Of a stretch of 64,000 nucleotides of DNA, positions 39,141 through 48,698 are shown piece after piece. Where the stretch lies: NCBI GenBank assembly GCA_016198755.1, contig JACQIB010000001.1, positions 64,001 through 128,000 of the forward strand, written 5' to 3'. A model generated the notes under the pieces. That model did no database searches, was not told the origin of the DNA, and saw nothing but the letters and a program-made list of their open reading frames with translations. The translations under genes were made by a program, and so were the position numbers. Within the stretch, counting starts at the first letter, position 1. Each line of letters starts with the position of its first letter. The stretch is from Candidatus Aenigmatarchaeota archaeon. Its GTDB lineage: Archaea > Aenigmatarchaeota > Aenigmatarchaeia > Aenigmatarchaeales > JACQIB01.

Positions 39141-39440
39141 ATGTCAAAATACTTCCGCAAGAAAAAAAGTCTGGAAAGGGAAACCCGTATAGCCAAAGAA
39201 AGGGTGGCTATATTGAAAGAAAGGATTGAAAGGGAACCTGAAAGTGCATTTGCAAAATCCTATACAAAAACCCTGCTGAAAATATCAAAAAAATACAGAA
39301 TCAGGCTTCCAGCAGGTTTTTTGAGCAGACTCTGCAGGGATTGTAATAATTACAGGGTTCTTGGAAAAACAGCCAAAATAAGGATTTTTAAGGGAAAACG
39401 CATAGTGATATGTAATTGTGGGAGAAAGGAGAAAGCTTAA
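39141..39440 (+). CDS. rnp4: RNase P protein component 4 (Rpr2/Rpp21)
   Basis: IAKERV..L, CRDC..CNCG; upstream of rps19e. Confidence 0.8.
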   Translation: MSKYFRKKKSLERETRIAKERVAILKERIEREPESAFAKSYTKTLLKISKKYRIRLPAGFLSRLCRDCNNYRVLGKTAKIRIFKGKRIVICNCGRKEKA

Positions 39441-39472
39441 AAACCTTCTACCCATAGTAAAGGGGGATTATT

Positions 39473-39895
39473 ATGACTCAGATAATGGCATTGGAGCCTG
39501 GAAAACTTTTAGGAGCTGTAAAGGAAGAGCTGAAAAAGAGAGGAGAAATAAAGCCTCACCCAGCCTCTATATTTACAAAAGCAGGGGTTTCAAATGAAAG
39601 ACCTCCAACTCAGCCAGATTTTTGGTTTATACGCTCAGCAGCACTTTTAAGGAAACTCTACATTGCTGATGGTCCGGTTGGTGTGGAAAGATTGCGCACA
39701 GCTTTTGGAGGAAGGAAAAGGATGGGACATGCAGGTGCACACCACAGGAAATCCGGAGGAAAATATATCAGATTGATGCTGCAGCAGCTGGAAGCAGCAG
39801 GCTTTGTTGCAAAAACAGAAAAGCCAAAAAAAGGGAGGATTTTAACTCCTGCTGGAAGGAAGTTCCTTGATGGAGTTGCAAAGGGGCTGAAGTAA
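39473..39895 (+). CDS. rps19e: 30S ribosomal protein S19e
   Basis: ERPP..DFWFIRSAALLRK, GPVGVERL. Confidence 0.95.
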   Translation: MTQIMALEPGKLLGAVKEELKKRGEIKPHPASIFTKAGVSNERPPTQPDFWFIRSAALLRKLYIADGPVGVERLRTAFGGRKRMGHAGAHHRKSGGKYIRLMLQQLEAAGFVAKTEKPKKGRILTPAGRKFLDGVAKGLK

Positions 39896-40153
39896 ATGGG
39901 AGAAGATGCAATGCAGGCAGCCCAGATGGAGGCTGCAAAAAAAGTAATAATATCAAAGATACTGGACAAGGCAGCAGCAGAAAGGTTGGGAAGAGTAAGG
40001 CTTGCAAATGCAATGCTTGCCTCCCAATTGGAACTATACCTGATACAACTTTATCAATCAGGGCAGATGAAGGAAACAATAGATGATGAAAAGTTAAAGC
40101 AGATACTGGGGCTTTTAACAGAAACAAAAAAGACAAGGATAATGAGAAGATAA
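39896..40153 (+). CDS. PDCD5/TFAR19-like DNA-binding protein
   Basis: AAERLGRVRL, LIQLYQSG; conserved position. Confidence 0.9.
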   Translation: MGEDAMQAAQMEAAKKVIISKILDKAAAERLGRVRLANAMLASQLELYLIQLYQSGQMKETIDDEKLKQILGLLTETKKTRIMRR

Positions 40154-40155
40154 AA

Positions 40156-40323
40156 ATGGGAGCAATACAACACAAAGCAAAGAAGCTGAGAATGATAGCT
40201 GCTGCTAAGAGAAAAGGAGCCCCCCGCTGGGCAGATCTTAAAAAATACAATAAAAGGGCACGCTCCCGCAGGATAAGAGTTTATGAAACAAAACACTGGA
40301 GAAGGGGAAGGCTGAAGTTATAA
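40156..40323 (+). CDS. rpl39e: 50S ribosomal protein L39e
   Basis: Hand-translated: KKLRM..APRW...HWRR.RLK; precedes rpl31e. Confidence 0.85.
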   Translation: MGAIQHKAKKLRMIAAAKRKGAPRWADLKKYNKRARSRRIRVYETKHWRRGRLKL

Positions 40324-40333
40324 AGTGATAAAA

Positions 40334-40840
40334 ATGGCAGAAGAAAAGAAGGAAGAGAAGATTTTCACAATACCTCTGCGCAAAGCCTATGAGACGGCTA
40401 GAACAAGGAGAACAGCGAAAGCCTCAAGGCTTGTAAGAGAGTTCCTTGAAAAACATTTGAAAGTTGAAGATGTAAAGATAGGGCCTTCAATAAATCATTC
40501 TCTCTGGTCACGCGGAATCCAAAAACCCCCTCACTCTATTCGTGTACATGTACTGAAAGAGGACAAGACTGTTTATGCAGAGCTTCTCGGGATTGAAATA
40601 AAGAAGCCTTCTTTAAAGGAAAAGGAGGAAAAAGAAAAGAAAAAGGCTGAGAAAGAGAAGAAAATCAAGGAAGACAGGAAAGAGAGAAAGAAGATGACAA
40701 TTCAGGAGGAAATTAAGAATGAGTCTGGTGCAGCTCCAGTTTCTACAGAAGCTATAGCAAAGGAAGAGGCAAAGGTTGAAGCTGGAATAGAAAAGCTGGA
40801 AAAAGAGCAAAAGTCTGCAGAAAGGGAAAGCCCAAAGTGA
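40334..40840 (+). CDS. rpl31e: 50S ribosomal protein L31e with charged C-terminal extension
   Basis: FTIPLR, N..LWSRGIQKPP..IRV. Confidence 0.93.
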   Translation: MAEEKKEEKIFTIPLRKAYETARTRRTAKASRLVREFLEKHLKVEDVKIGPSINHSLWSRGIQKPPHSIRVHVLKEDKTVYAELLGIEIKKPSLKEKEEKEKKKAEKEKKIKEDRKERKKMTIQEEIKNESGAAPVSTEAIAKEEAKVEAGIEKLEKEQKSAERESPK

Positions 40841-41505
40841 GCTCCATGCCTTTCAAATTTCCGCGAATGAACTTTTCAGGAGACCATAATTTAGGTTTGT
40901 ATGGCTTTGCAACAGAATCCTATTGTTTACTCGGATTTTCAGATGCAGCAAAACCAGTCTCTTCAGCCCTTAAAGTTCCTGTTATAACTTCCACACTTTT
41001 TGGCACAGAGTTATGCGGTGTTTTTGCTGCAGGCAATGATAATGGCATTATTTTAACTCCAATGATTGAGAAGGAGGAGATAGCCAGCTTAAAAACCTCC
41101 CTAAAAAACCTAAACGTTCTTATTTTAGACACAAAATATACAGCAATAGGAAACCTTATTCTAACAAACAATAAAGGCTGTATTATTTCCCCCCTTCTCT
41201 CCCAGCACAGGAAAGAGATAGAAGAGTGTTTGGGGGTTCCAGTTGAATCAGGAAAAATAGGCGGGTTTGAAACAGTTGGCTCAGCAGCCTTAACAACAGA
41301 AAAAGGCTGTTTAACAACAAATACAGCTACTGAAGAAGAGCTGAAATGGATAGAATCTGTTTTAAAGGTAAAAACAGACCTTGGAACAGTTAGCCGCGGC
41401 AGCCCATTTATCCACTCAGCCCTTATAGTAAACAGTTTAGCAGCAATTTGTTCAGAGTCCTGTACAGGTCCTGAATTAGGAAGGATAGGTGAAGTCTTTG
41501 AGTAA
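40837..41505 (+). CDS. eif6: translation initiation factor aIF-6
   Basis: GNDNG, AIGNLIL.NNKG, GTVSRG, TGPEL. Confidence 0.92.
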   Translation: MSSMPFKFPRMNFSGDHNLGLYGFATESYCLLGFSDAAKPVSSALKVPVITSTLFGTELCGVFAAGNDNGIILTPMIEKEEIASLKTSLKNLNVLILDTKYTAIGNLILTNNKGCIISPLLSQHRKEIEECLGVPVESGKIGGFETVGSAALTTEKGCLTTNTATEEELKWIESVLKVKTDLGTVSRGSPFIHSALIVNSLAAICSESCTGPELGRIGEVFE

Positions 41506-41536
41506 GCTTATAAACTTGAAAGAGAAAGTAGTGAAA

Positions 41537-41962
41537 ATGCCAGATAAGAAATCATCTGAAGAGGATATGAACAGAAAGGTTATGCAGGCCCAAATTCTCC
41601 AAGCCAATTTACAAATGCTTAGGGAACGTGCACAGAAGATTGTTGAGCATTATCAGGAACTAGATAATACAAAAAGAGCTCTTGAAGATCTTGGAAAAAC
41701 AAAAAATTCTGAGGCGCTGGTTCCGGTTGGCTCAGGTTCCTATGTTAAAGGGTCGGTTTCTGACACAAGCAAGGTTATTGTAAGCATTGGTGCAAATATA
41801 GCAGTTAAAAAATCAGGTGCAGATGCTGTAAAGCTTATGGAAGAAAGGATGGACGAGGCACAAAGAATTCTCGGGGAGATAGTTGAGCAGGAACAGTCCC
41901 TTGCAGCTCAGCTACAAAGGCTGCAGCCAGAGCTGCAGGATATGGCTTCCCAGGGCAACTAG
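41537..41962 (+). CDS. pfdA: prefoldin subunit alpha
   Basis: LVPVGSG.YV, VIVSIGA.I.V, flanking coiled coils. Confidence 0.92.
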   Translation: MPDKKSSEEDMNRKVMQAQILQANLQMLRERAQKIVEHYQELDNTKRALEDLGKTKNSEALVPVGSGSYVKGSVSDTSKVIVSIGANIAVKKSGADAVKLMEERMDEAQRILGEIVEQEQSLAAQLQRLQPELQDMASQGN

Positions 41963-42040
41963 TTAGATAACCATTTATGAAAAAGCAGAAGGCTGCTTGA
42001 ACAACCCAGATTTAAGAATGTTCCCTTCCATACCTAAAAG

Positions 42041-43393
42041 ATGTTCAGTTTCCTAAAAAAGAAGCTAAAGGAGGGTGTTGAGAAACTCTCTTCTGCCCTA
42101 TCTAGCAAGCCTGATGCAGAGGAAAAGCCTGCAGAACCTATACCAGTTCCTTTAGAACACTCCGTTTTACAGGAGCCTTTCCCAGAGCCAGAAAAGGAAG
42201 AAGTTTCAGTTTCTCCAGAACATCTGAAAACAGTTGATGAAAAGAAAGAAGAAGCAGTTCCCGTACCTTTGCAAGAAGAAAGAAAACCTGCAGAGGCTGT
42301 TGAAGAACTAAAAGAAAAAGAAGAGGGCCCTGTTCCTACAATTCCAGAAGAAACTCCCCTCCCAGAGAAACCCGAGGAAGAACTTCCAAAACCTGTTAAA
42401 CCTATAGAGGAAAAGACAGAACCGGAAATACTGAAAAAAGAAATTAAACTAGAAAAGAAAATCCTGCGCGAGGAAAAGAAAATAGAAACAGAGCTGCAAA
42501 GTGGAAAAGAGAAAAAAACAGGTTTTCTTGAGAAGCTGAAAAAGGCAGTAAAGGAAAAGGAGATAGAAGAGCAGGATATTACGCCTATATTAATAGAGCT
42601 GGAGACAGACCTGCTGGAAAGTGATGTTGCTTTAGAGGTTACGGAAAAGATTGTTTCCAGCCTGAAAAAAGACCTTTTAGGCAAAAGCATAAAGCGCTCC
42701 GAGGATTTAGAAGCTCTGATAAAGAAAAGCCTAAAGAAAAGCATTCTGGAAGTTCTTTCTGTCCCGTCAATCAGCATAGAACAATTGGCAAAGCAAAAGA
42801 AACCTCTAAAGATAGTGTTTTTGGGCTTTAACGGTGCTGGGAAAACCACATCCATTGCAAGGCTGGCTCACTACCTGAAAAACAAAGGCTTTTCCACAAT
42901 ACTGGCTGCAGCAGACACATGGAGAGCAGCCAGTATAGAACAGTTAGAGGAACATGCTGCGCGGCTTGAAGTTCCAATTGTTAAGCACAAATACCAGTCA
43001 GACCCTGCAGCAGTTATTTTCGATACAATTAAAGCAGCAGAAAGCAGGGGAATAGACATTGTGCTTGCAGATACAGCTGGCCGCTCTCAAGCAAACACAA
43101 ACCTTATGGACGAACTGAAGAAAATAATCCGTGTAAACAAGCCGGATTTGAAGATTTTGGTTATAGATGCTCTCACAGGAAACGATTCTGTGGAACAGGC
43201 AAAGCTTTTCAATGAGGCAGTTGGAGTTGATGGAATTATAGTTACAAAGGCAGATGTGTACGAGAAAGGCGGGGCTTTGCTCTCAGCAGTCCACTCAATA
43301 AAGAAACCAATCCTGTTTATAGGCGTTGGCCAAGAGTACGGAGACTTTAAGCCCTTTGTTGCTGAAGAAGTTGTGGAAAGCCTTCTTTCATAA
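42041..43393 (+). CDS. ftsY: SRP receptor FtsY
   Basis: GFNGAGKTT, DTAGR, TKAD; acidic N-terminal region. Confidence 0.95.
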   Translation: MFSFLKKKLKEGVEKLSSALSSKPDAEEKPAEPIPVPLEHSVLQEPFPEPEKEEVSVSPEHLKTVDEKKEEAVPVPLQEERKPAEAVEELKEKEEGPVPTIPEETPLPEKPEEELPKPVKPIEEKTEPEILKKEIKLEKKILREEKKIETELQSGKEKKTGFLEKLKKAVKEKEIEEQDITPILIELETDLLESDVALEVTEKIVSSLKKDLLGKSIKRSEDLEALIKKSLKKSILEVLSVPSISIEQLAKQKKPLKIVFLGFNGAGKTTSIARLAHYLKNKGFSTILAAADTWRAASIEQLEEHAARLEVPIVKHKYQSDPAAVIFDTIKAAESRGIDIVLADTAGRSQANTNLMDELKKIIRVNKPDLKILVIDALTGNDSVEQAKLFNEAVGVDGIIVTKADVYEKGGALLSAVHSIKKPILFIGVGQEYGDFKPFVAEEVVESLLS

Positions 43394-43425
43394 TTGTTTT
43401 TATTCTCCCTCACCCAACAACCCCT

Positions 43426-43971
43426 ATGAAAAAGCCCTATTCAATTATTGTAGGCAGATTCCAGCCTTTTCATTTAGGCCATTTGCAGGCTGTTCTATTA
43501 GCTAGTAAAAAGTACAGGAAAGTGGGTATAGGAATTTTCCATCCTTCCTTTGGAAAGCCAAATAAAACCAAAGTTTTCATGCCTCATGCTTTTGACAAGG
43601 AATGTAATCCATTCCCCTATTCTTTAGTAAAGAAAATAGTTTTCGCAGCTCTAAAGGAAGCAAAAATCCACAATTTTGTGCTGTTCAAGTTTTACCCTAC
43701 AATGGTCTATCCATTCTCAAAATTCAAGCAAAACCTGCCATTTCCCTTAAAGAACTCAGAGTTTTTTATAGCCAAAAAGGGGGGCTCAAACAAAGTTATG
43801 AAAAGAATACTGGAAGCAGGTGGAACCTACAGAACCCACAGTATTTTTAAAACAGGCTCCCGCACGATAAACGGTACAGAAATCCGCAGGCTTTATTTCT
43901 CCAATAATAAAAAGTGGGAAAAGCAGGTTCCGCCAGCAGTAAGGAAAATATTGCTTAACTGGAGAAAATAA
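43426..43971 (+). CDS. cytidylyltransferase/NMN adenylyltransferase-like protein
   Basis: GRFQPFHLGH, NPF, GTEIR, W...VP. Confidence 0.8.
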   Translation: MKKPYSIIVGRFQPFHLGHLQAVLLASKKYRKVGIGIFHPSFGKPNKTKVFMPHAFDKECNPFPYSLVKKIVFAALKEAKIHNFVLFKFYPTMVYPFSKFKQNLPFPLKNSEFFIAKKGGSNKVMKRILEAGGTYRTHSIFKTGSRTINGTEIRRLYFSNNKKWEKQVPPAVRKILLNWRK

Positions 43972-43974
43972 CTA

Positions 43975-44976
43975 CTATTTACCCAAAATCCCTTTATAGA
44001 ACTTTATTGTTTCTCTCAGTCCATCTTCCAGCTTAACTTTTGGACTATATCCCAATGTCTTTGCCTTTGTAAGATCAGGCTTCCTTCTGAGCGGATCATC
44101 CTTTGGCAGTTCCTTAAAAACAATATTTGATTCAGTTCCGGTCAATTCCGTTACAATATTCGCAAGCTCCAGAACACTCATTTCATTATCATTCCCAACA
44201 TTCACTATCATCCCTTTTGTTCCTTCTCTGAACAATAGCAAAAGCATGCCTGCAACAGTATCTGTAACATAGCAGAAAGATCGTGTTTGTTTTCCTGTTC
44301 CATAAACAGTTAAAGGCTCCCCAACGAGAGCTTGGCATACAAAGTTTGGAACAACCCTTCCATACTGCCCATATCTTTTCATTTTTGGACCATAAGTATT
44401 GAAAATTCTTACGATTCTCCCATCCACCTTCCTATTTTGAATAAACGCCCTTACCAAAACCTCCCCAACTCTCTTAGACTCATCATAGCAAGCTCTCGGC
44501 CCAAGAACACTCACATTCCCATTATACTCCTCCTTCAGCGGAAGTGCCTCAGCAGGAGGGTTCCCATAAACCTCACTCGTGCTTGCAAACAGGAACTTCG
44601 CACCCGTTTTTTCTGCTAATTCCAGCATATTTCTGGTTCCCAGAATGTTAGCATCCATTATCTCTATAGGGTGTTCTATGAAAGCAGTAGGATCAGCCAT
44701 GCTTGCTAAATGTAAAATAAAATCAAACTTCCCTTCAGGCTTTGAGTTTTCTGCTCTTTCATTCAAAACCTCAACCCTGCTGTCCTTAGAAATGTTATCT
44801 ACATTTCCTGTTGAAAGATTATCTATAACAACTATTCTTCCAGCCCCCATTTTTAGCAAACAATCAACCAAATGTGAGCCTATAAACCCAGCTCCTCCAG
44901 TAACGAGGAACATTCTTCCTTTTACTTCTCCCAAAAATGGTTCAAGCTCTTTCGGAACATTTTCAAAGCTAATCAT
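43975..44976 (-). CDS. UDP-glucuronate decarboxylase-like SDR
   Basis: GGAGFIG, STSEVYG, RACYDESKR, DDP.RR.PD. Confidence 0.9.
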   Translation of the reverse strand: MISFENVPKELEPFLGEVKGRMFLVTGGAGFIGSHLVDCLLKMGAGRIVVIDNLSTGNVDNISKDSRVEVLNERAENSKPEGKFDFILHLASMADPTAFIEHPIEIMDANILGTRNMLELAEKTGAKFLFASTSEVYGNPPAEALPLKEEYNGNVSVLGPRACYDESKRVGEVLVRAFIQNRKVDGRIVRIFNTYGPKMKRYGQYGRVVPNFVCQALVGEPLTVYGTGKQTRSFCYVTDTVAGMLLLLFREGTKGMIVNVGNDNEMSVLELANIVTELTGTESNIVFKELPKDDPLRRKPDLTKAKTLGYSPKVKLEDGLRETIKFYKGILGK

Positions 44977-45059
44977 ACCTAAACTAAAGAAAGCAAGCTT
45001 TTAAAGCATTTCGGAACCGCATAGCAGCCCTTATAAACCCTTGCTTACTAATTCTCAGA

Positions 45060-46385
45060 ATGCTAGAAAAACTTGGAAAGGGGCTGCGCTCAGCCTTGGA
45101 TAAGGTTACAAAAGCAGGCTATGTTGATTCTGCTGTTATTGAAAGCTTGGCAGAGGAGATAAGGAAAACCCTTATATCAGGTGATGTGGATGTTGCTTTG
45201 GCTGGTAAATTAGCTGAGGCAATAAAACAACGGGCTGGAAAAGAAAAGCCGCCTGCAGGGCTTTCAGCGCGCGAGCATGTTATAAGGATTGTTTATGAGG
45301 AACTTGTAAAGTTTGTTGGAAAAAAGCCTGATATAAATTTGAAACCAAGAAAACTGCTGGTTGTGGGATTGTTCGGATCCGGAAAAACCACCTCACTTGG
45401 AAAATTAGCAAAGTTCTATCAAAAGAAGGGACTAAAAGTTGGACTAATCGGCTGTGATGTGCACAGGCCAGCTGCAATGGATCAGATACAGCAGGTTGCA
45501 AAGCAGTGTGCAGTTCCTGTCTATGCCCCGAAAGGACAGAAAGATCCGTTGGCTATAGTAAAAACAGGTATAGAACAGTTAAGCCCGCGTGCAGATTTGC
45601 TTTTATTTGACAGTTCAGGGCGTTCTTCTCTTGATAAAGAACTGGCTGAAGAATTAAAAACCCTTGCAAAAGATATTGAGCCTGATGAAGTTCTTTTGGT
45701 TATACCAGCAGACTTGGGGCAGGCAGCTAGGGAACAGGCTGAAGGCTTTTCTAAACTGGTAGGTATAACAGGGGTGTTTATAACAAAAATGGATGGAACA
45801 GCAAAGGCAGGAGGAGCATTAACAGCCTGCTCTGTTTCCGGAGCTCCTGTAAAGTTTATTGGTATAGGGGAAAAGCTGGAAGCTATAGAGGTTTTCGATC
45901 CTGAAAACTTTGTTTCACGTTTGTTGGGTTTTCCAGATCTGAAAACTTTGCTGGAAAAGGCAAAAGAAGCAATACCGCAGGAAAAGGCAAAAGAACTTAC
46001 AGAAAGATTAATGGAAGGGAAATTCACCCTTGATGATTTTTATGAGCAGATTAAGGCTGTTGGAAAGATGGGGGGTCTTGGAGATATGCTTGGTTCAGCT
46101 ATGCCTGTACCTAAAGGAGTTGATTTGGACCAGCAGGAGAAAAAAATGAAAAAATGGGGATTTGCAATCCAGTCTATGACAAAAAAAGAAAGGGCAGAAC
46201 CCAATCTATTGAACGAAAGCAGGATAAGGAGGATTAGCAAAGGTTCAGGTATATCAGAGTCGCAGATAAAAGAAATGTTAAAGGCTTATGATCAGGCGCG
46301 CAAAGTCTCTAAATTAATCTCAGCAGGTGGGATGAAAAGGGGAATGCTTGCACAGATTGCAAAAAGGTTTAAGGGGATTGCGTGA
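45060..46385 (+). CDS. srp54: signal recognition particle protein SRP54
   Basis: GSGKTT, DVHRPAA, TKMDGTAKAGG, IQSMT..ER, SRIRRI. Confidence 0.96.
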   Translation: MLEKLGKGLRSALDKVTKAGYVDSAVIESLAEEIRKTLISGDVDVALAGKLAEAIKQRAGKEKPPAGLSAREHVIRIVYEELVKFVGKKPDINLKPRKLLVVGLFGSGKTTSLGKLAKFYQKKGLKVGLIGCDVHRPAAMDQIQQVAKQCAVPVYAPKGQKDPLAIVKTGIEQLSPRADLLLFDSSGRSSLDKELAEELKTLAKDIEPDEVLLVIPADLGQAAREQAEGFSKLVGITGVFITKMDGTAKAGGALTACSVSGAPVKFIGIGEKLEAIEVFDPENFVSRLLGFPDLKTLLEKAKEAIPQEKAKELTERLMEGKFTLDDFYEQIKAVGKMGGLGDMLGSAMPVPKGVDLDQQEKKMKKWGFAIQSMTKKERAEPNLLNESRIRRISKGSGISESQIKEMLKAYDQARKVSKLISAGGMKRGMLAQIAKRFKGIA

Positions 46386-46966
46386 GAACCTTTATTTTAT
46401 GGTCGCATGCACGGACAGATTCCAACTTTAATATAGAGGATCTTCCAAGCTCAGGCTCGCGCATGGATATAGTCTGCCGCTCAATAATCTCAGCTCTCTG
46501 GGTTTCCTATACAATAAGGAAAGACTCTGAAATATATGTGGTTTTGAACGGTTCTCCAGACCCACCCAAAACCCTGCTTTTCAGGGCAGCAGAACTGAAA
46601 AAAGTAACAAATGATGAGCGCTCAATAGCTATTTGGATAAAGAAAGTTTTATCTTCTCCAGCTACAAAAGAACTTAAGCAGATAAAAGATGGAATTTATT
46701 TATCCTCAGACAGCTTCCAGTCCCTGTTAAAAAAACTAAAAGGCAGACCAGTCTATGTTTTTCATGAAACAGGAACTCCAATACAGCAGGCTAAACTGGA
46801 AAAAGATGCTGTTTTTGTTTTCGGTGATCACAAGGGAATACCTGAAAAAGAGGAGAAATTTGCACTCCGTTCAGGTTCCAGAGTTTCCATTGGTTCCGAG
46901 TCCTATCTTACAAGTTCTGTTATATCTGTTGTTCACTGGATTTTAGATTCTTCCGGTGTGGTATAA
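46382..46966 (+). CDS. trmY: tRNA m1-pseudouridine54 methyltransferase
   Basis: DLP..G.RMDIVCR, DERS, FVFGDH. Confidence 0.88.
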   Translation: MRTFILWSHARTDSNFNIEDLPSSGSRMDIVCRSIISALWVSYTIRKDSEIYVVLNGSPDPPKTLLFRAAELKKVTNDERSIAIWIKKVLSSPATKELKQIKDGIYLSSDSFQSLLKKLKGRPVYVFHETGTPIQQAKLEKDAVFVFGDHKGIPEKEEKFALRSGSRVSIGSESYLTSSVISVVHWILDSSGVV

Positions 46967-46969
46967 TAA

Positions 46970-47467
46970 TTATTGTGCTTCTATCTCAATAATATTATCT
47001 AAAATGGTTCTTACAGCTCCTCCAGCTTCAGAACTGCCGCCTATTATTTTTACATTCAATTTTCTATTAATAACAACAGGAGTGAATTTTGTATCAAATC
47101 TGCGATCTATAGGTATTCTAAATCCATGACCCATGCGCCTTTCAAGCTCTGTACCAGCCAATTTCTGTAAAGTACTATAATTATATTCCCCGTCAGTCAA
47201 ACCAAGAACAACTTTATATTGTGGCGTTTCTGGCCTAACACCACGTTGCATAGAGGTTTCTTTTATTAGAGTTGCTTCCATTCCAGGATATCCATACAAT
47301 CTTCCAACAACAGCGCACCCCTCATAAACAATGCGGCCACGGACATCGTAAACAACAGCTACCCTGTTAGGATAAGTAATAGTATCAAATGCCTTCCAAA
47401 ATACTCTAACTCCATTTTGTGTAGCCAAAAATTGTTGTGATGGATCTTCTACTGTTCTAACTGTCAT
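46970..47467 (-). CDS. hypothetical protein
   Basis: 165-aa ORF. Confidence 0.45.
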   Translation of the reverse strand: MTVRTVEDPSQQFLATQNGVRVFWKAFDTITYPNRVAVVYDVRGRIVYEGCAVVGRLYGYPGMEATLIKETSMQRGVRPETPQYKVVLGLTDGEYNYSTLQKLAGTELERRMGHGFRIPIDRRFDTKFTPVVINRKLNVKIIGGSSEAGGAVRTILDNIIEIEAQ

Positions 47468-47521
47468 GTATTCTATGGCAATAGAGAACGATTTAAATAG
47501 ATTTCTTTCCCTCTTTTCTGT

Positions 47522-48196
47522 ATGACAAAGACTCTATTCAGTTGGGACTTAAACGGTACTCTATTTGCAGAGCCAGCTACCCTGAACACAGCTGCTCTGC
47601 AGGCTGTAATGGATAATCATGGAATAAAACGGGCTGTTGCTGGCTGGGAAACAGTTTCCGGTGGTTGGGATAGGATAGGCATACTTGCTCCTGAGCTTGG
47701 TTATAATAAAGAAGTTGTTATGGAATTTCAGGCACATAGGGAAAGGCTTCTAAAGCTCCCAGAATACAGGCCAGCTCCATTTGCAGGCACAAAGGAAGCT
47801 CTCAGGAGAGTAAAGGAGAATAGAGATGACAATATTCTTGTATCTACAGTAATAGGTAAGGATATTTATGATATTCTTAATCAGGATCCGGAAATAAGAA
47901 GCAGAATAGACGCTGTTTACAGCGCAGGTGATGAGCTGTTTAAGGACCACCCAGGGAGAGATCCCCTGACTTTTTCAACACTGCTCCCAGAATACAAAGC
48001 TAGGCTCATAGATGGACACTTCAGGAAAGGGCAGTATGGAAGGGTTGTTTTGGCTGGAAATAAGAACAGGGACTTTGCTTTAGGAGTAGAGTTTGGTGTT
48101 CCAACAACAACCTTCCTTATAAGAGCTCAGGGAAAAGCAGACTTTATTGTGCAGGATCCGTTGGATGTAGTGAAAACAGTTTATGCCTCAGCTTAA
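47522..48196 (+). CDS. degenerate HAD-like protein
   Basis: WDLNGTL, VST, YKA; resembles 16821-17474. Confidence 0.6.
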   Translation: MTKTLFSWDLNGTLFAEPATLNTAALQAVMDNHGIKRAVAGWETVSGGWDRIGILAPELGYNKEVVMEFQAHRERLLKLPEYRPAPFAGTKEALRRVKENRDDNILVSTVIGKDIYDILNQDPEIRSRIDAVYSAGDELFKDHPGRDPLTFSTLLPEYKARLIDGHFRKGQYGRVVLAGNKNRDFALGVEFGVPTTTFLIRAQGKADFIVQDPLDVVKTVYASA

Positions 48197-48198
48197 TC

Positions 48199-48648
48199 TC
48201 ATTCATTCTTTGGGGGTTTAATTTTCCTTATTTCATATGTTCCGCGATGTCTATCAGCCCTCAGTTTATCAGACAAACCTACGAACGACGAGTCATATGC
48301 AATAACACGTTCCTCCTCTCCCACTTTTGCCACAGCAACATAGTTCCCTCCAAACCTTCCCTGCAAATACTCGAAATTCAAACTTCCATCAGGATTGTTC
48401 ATTGGTTTTTCTTCCTTTTTTGCAGTTGGTAGCGTAGGATTAGGAACTTGTGGAGGGTTTACAAAACCTCCCGTAGTTGTATCCTTTATCTTATAATCAT
48501 TCTGTCCAAGTCCGCGCGTTGTTAGTCCTTTTACTACATCATCCAGAATATCTCCCCCCAAAATAGGTTTATCTGTATTTGTTCTGAAAGCAATATACCT
48601 AGGTTCATTTACCATGTTACTGTTTCCCATAGCAAAACTTAAATACAT
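48199..48648 (-). CDS. hypothetical protein, DUF5678-like C-terminus
   Basis: RFGGNYVAV...VIAYD. Confidence 0.4.
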   Translation of the reverse strand: MYLSFAMGNSNMVNEPRYIAFRTNTDKPILGGDILDDVVKGLTTRGLGQNDYKIKDTTTGGFVNPPQVPNPTLPTAKKEEKPMNNPDGSLNFEYLQGRFGGNYVAVAKVGEEERVIAYDSSFVGLSDKLRADRHRGTYEIRKIKPPKNE

Positions 48649-48698
48649 GCCTATAGAGAACAGTCAGACTTTTATACAGCAATAGATAAACCTAGCCT

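Noticed and set aside
42034-42855. 273-aa Ser/Phe-rich minus-strand ORF
   Set aside because: Antisense shadow of the Glu/Lys-rich FtsY N-terminus
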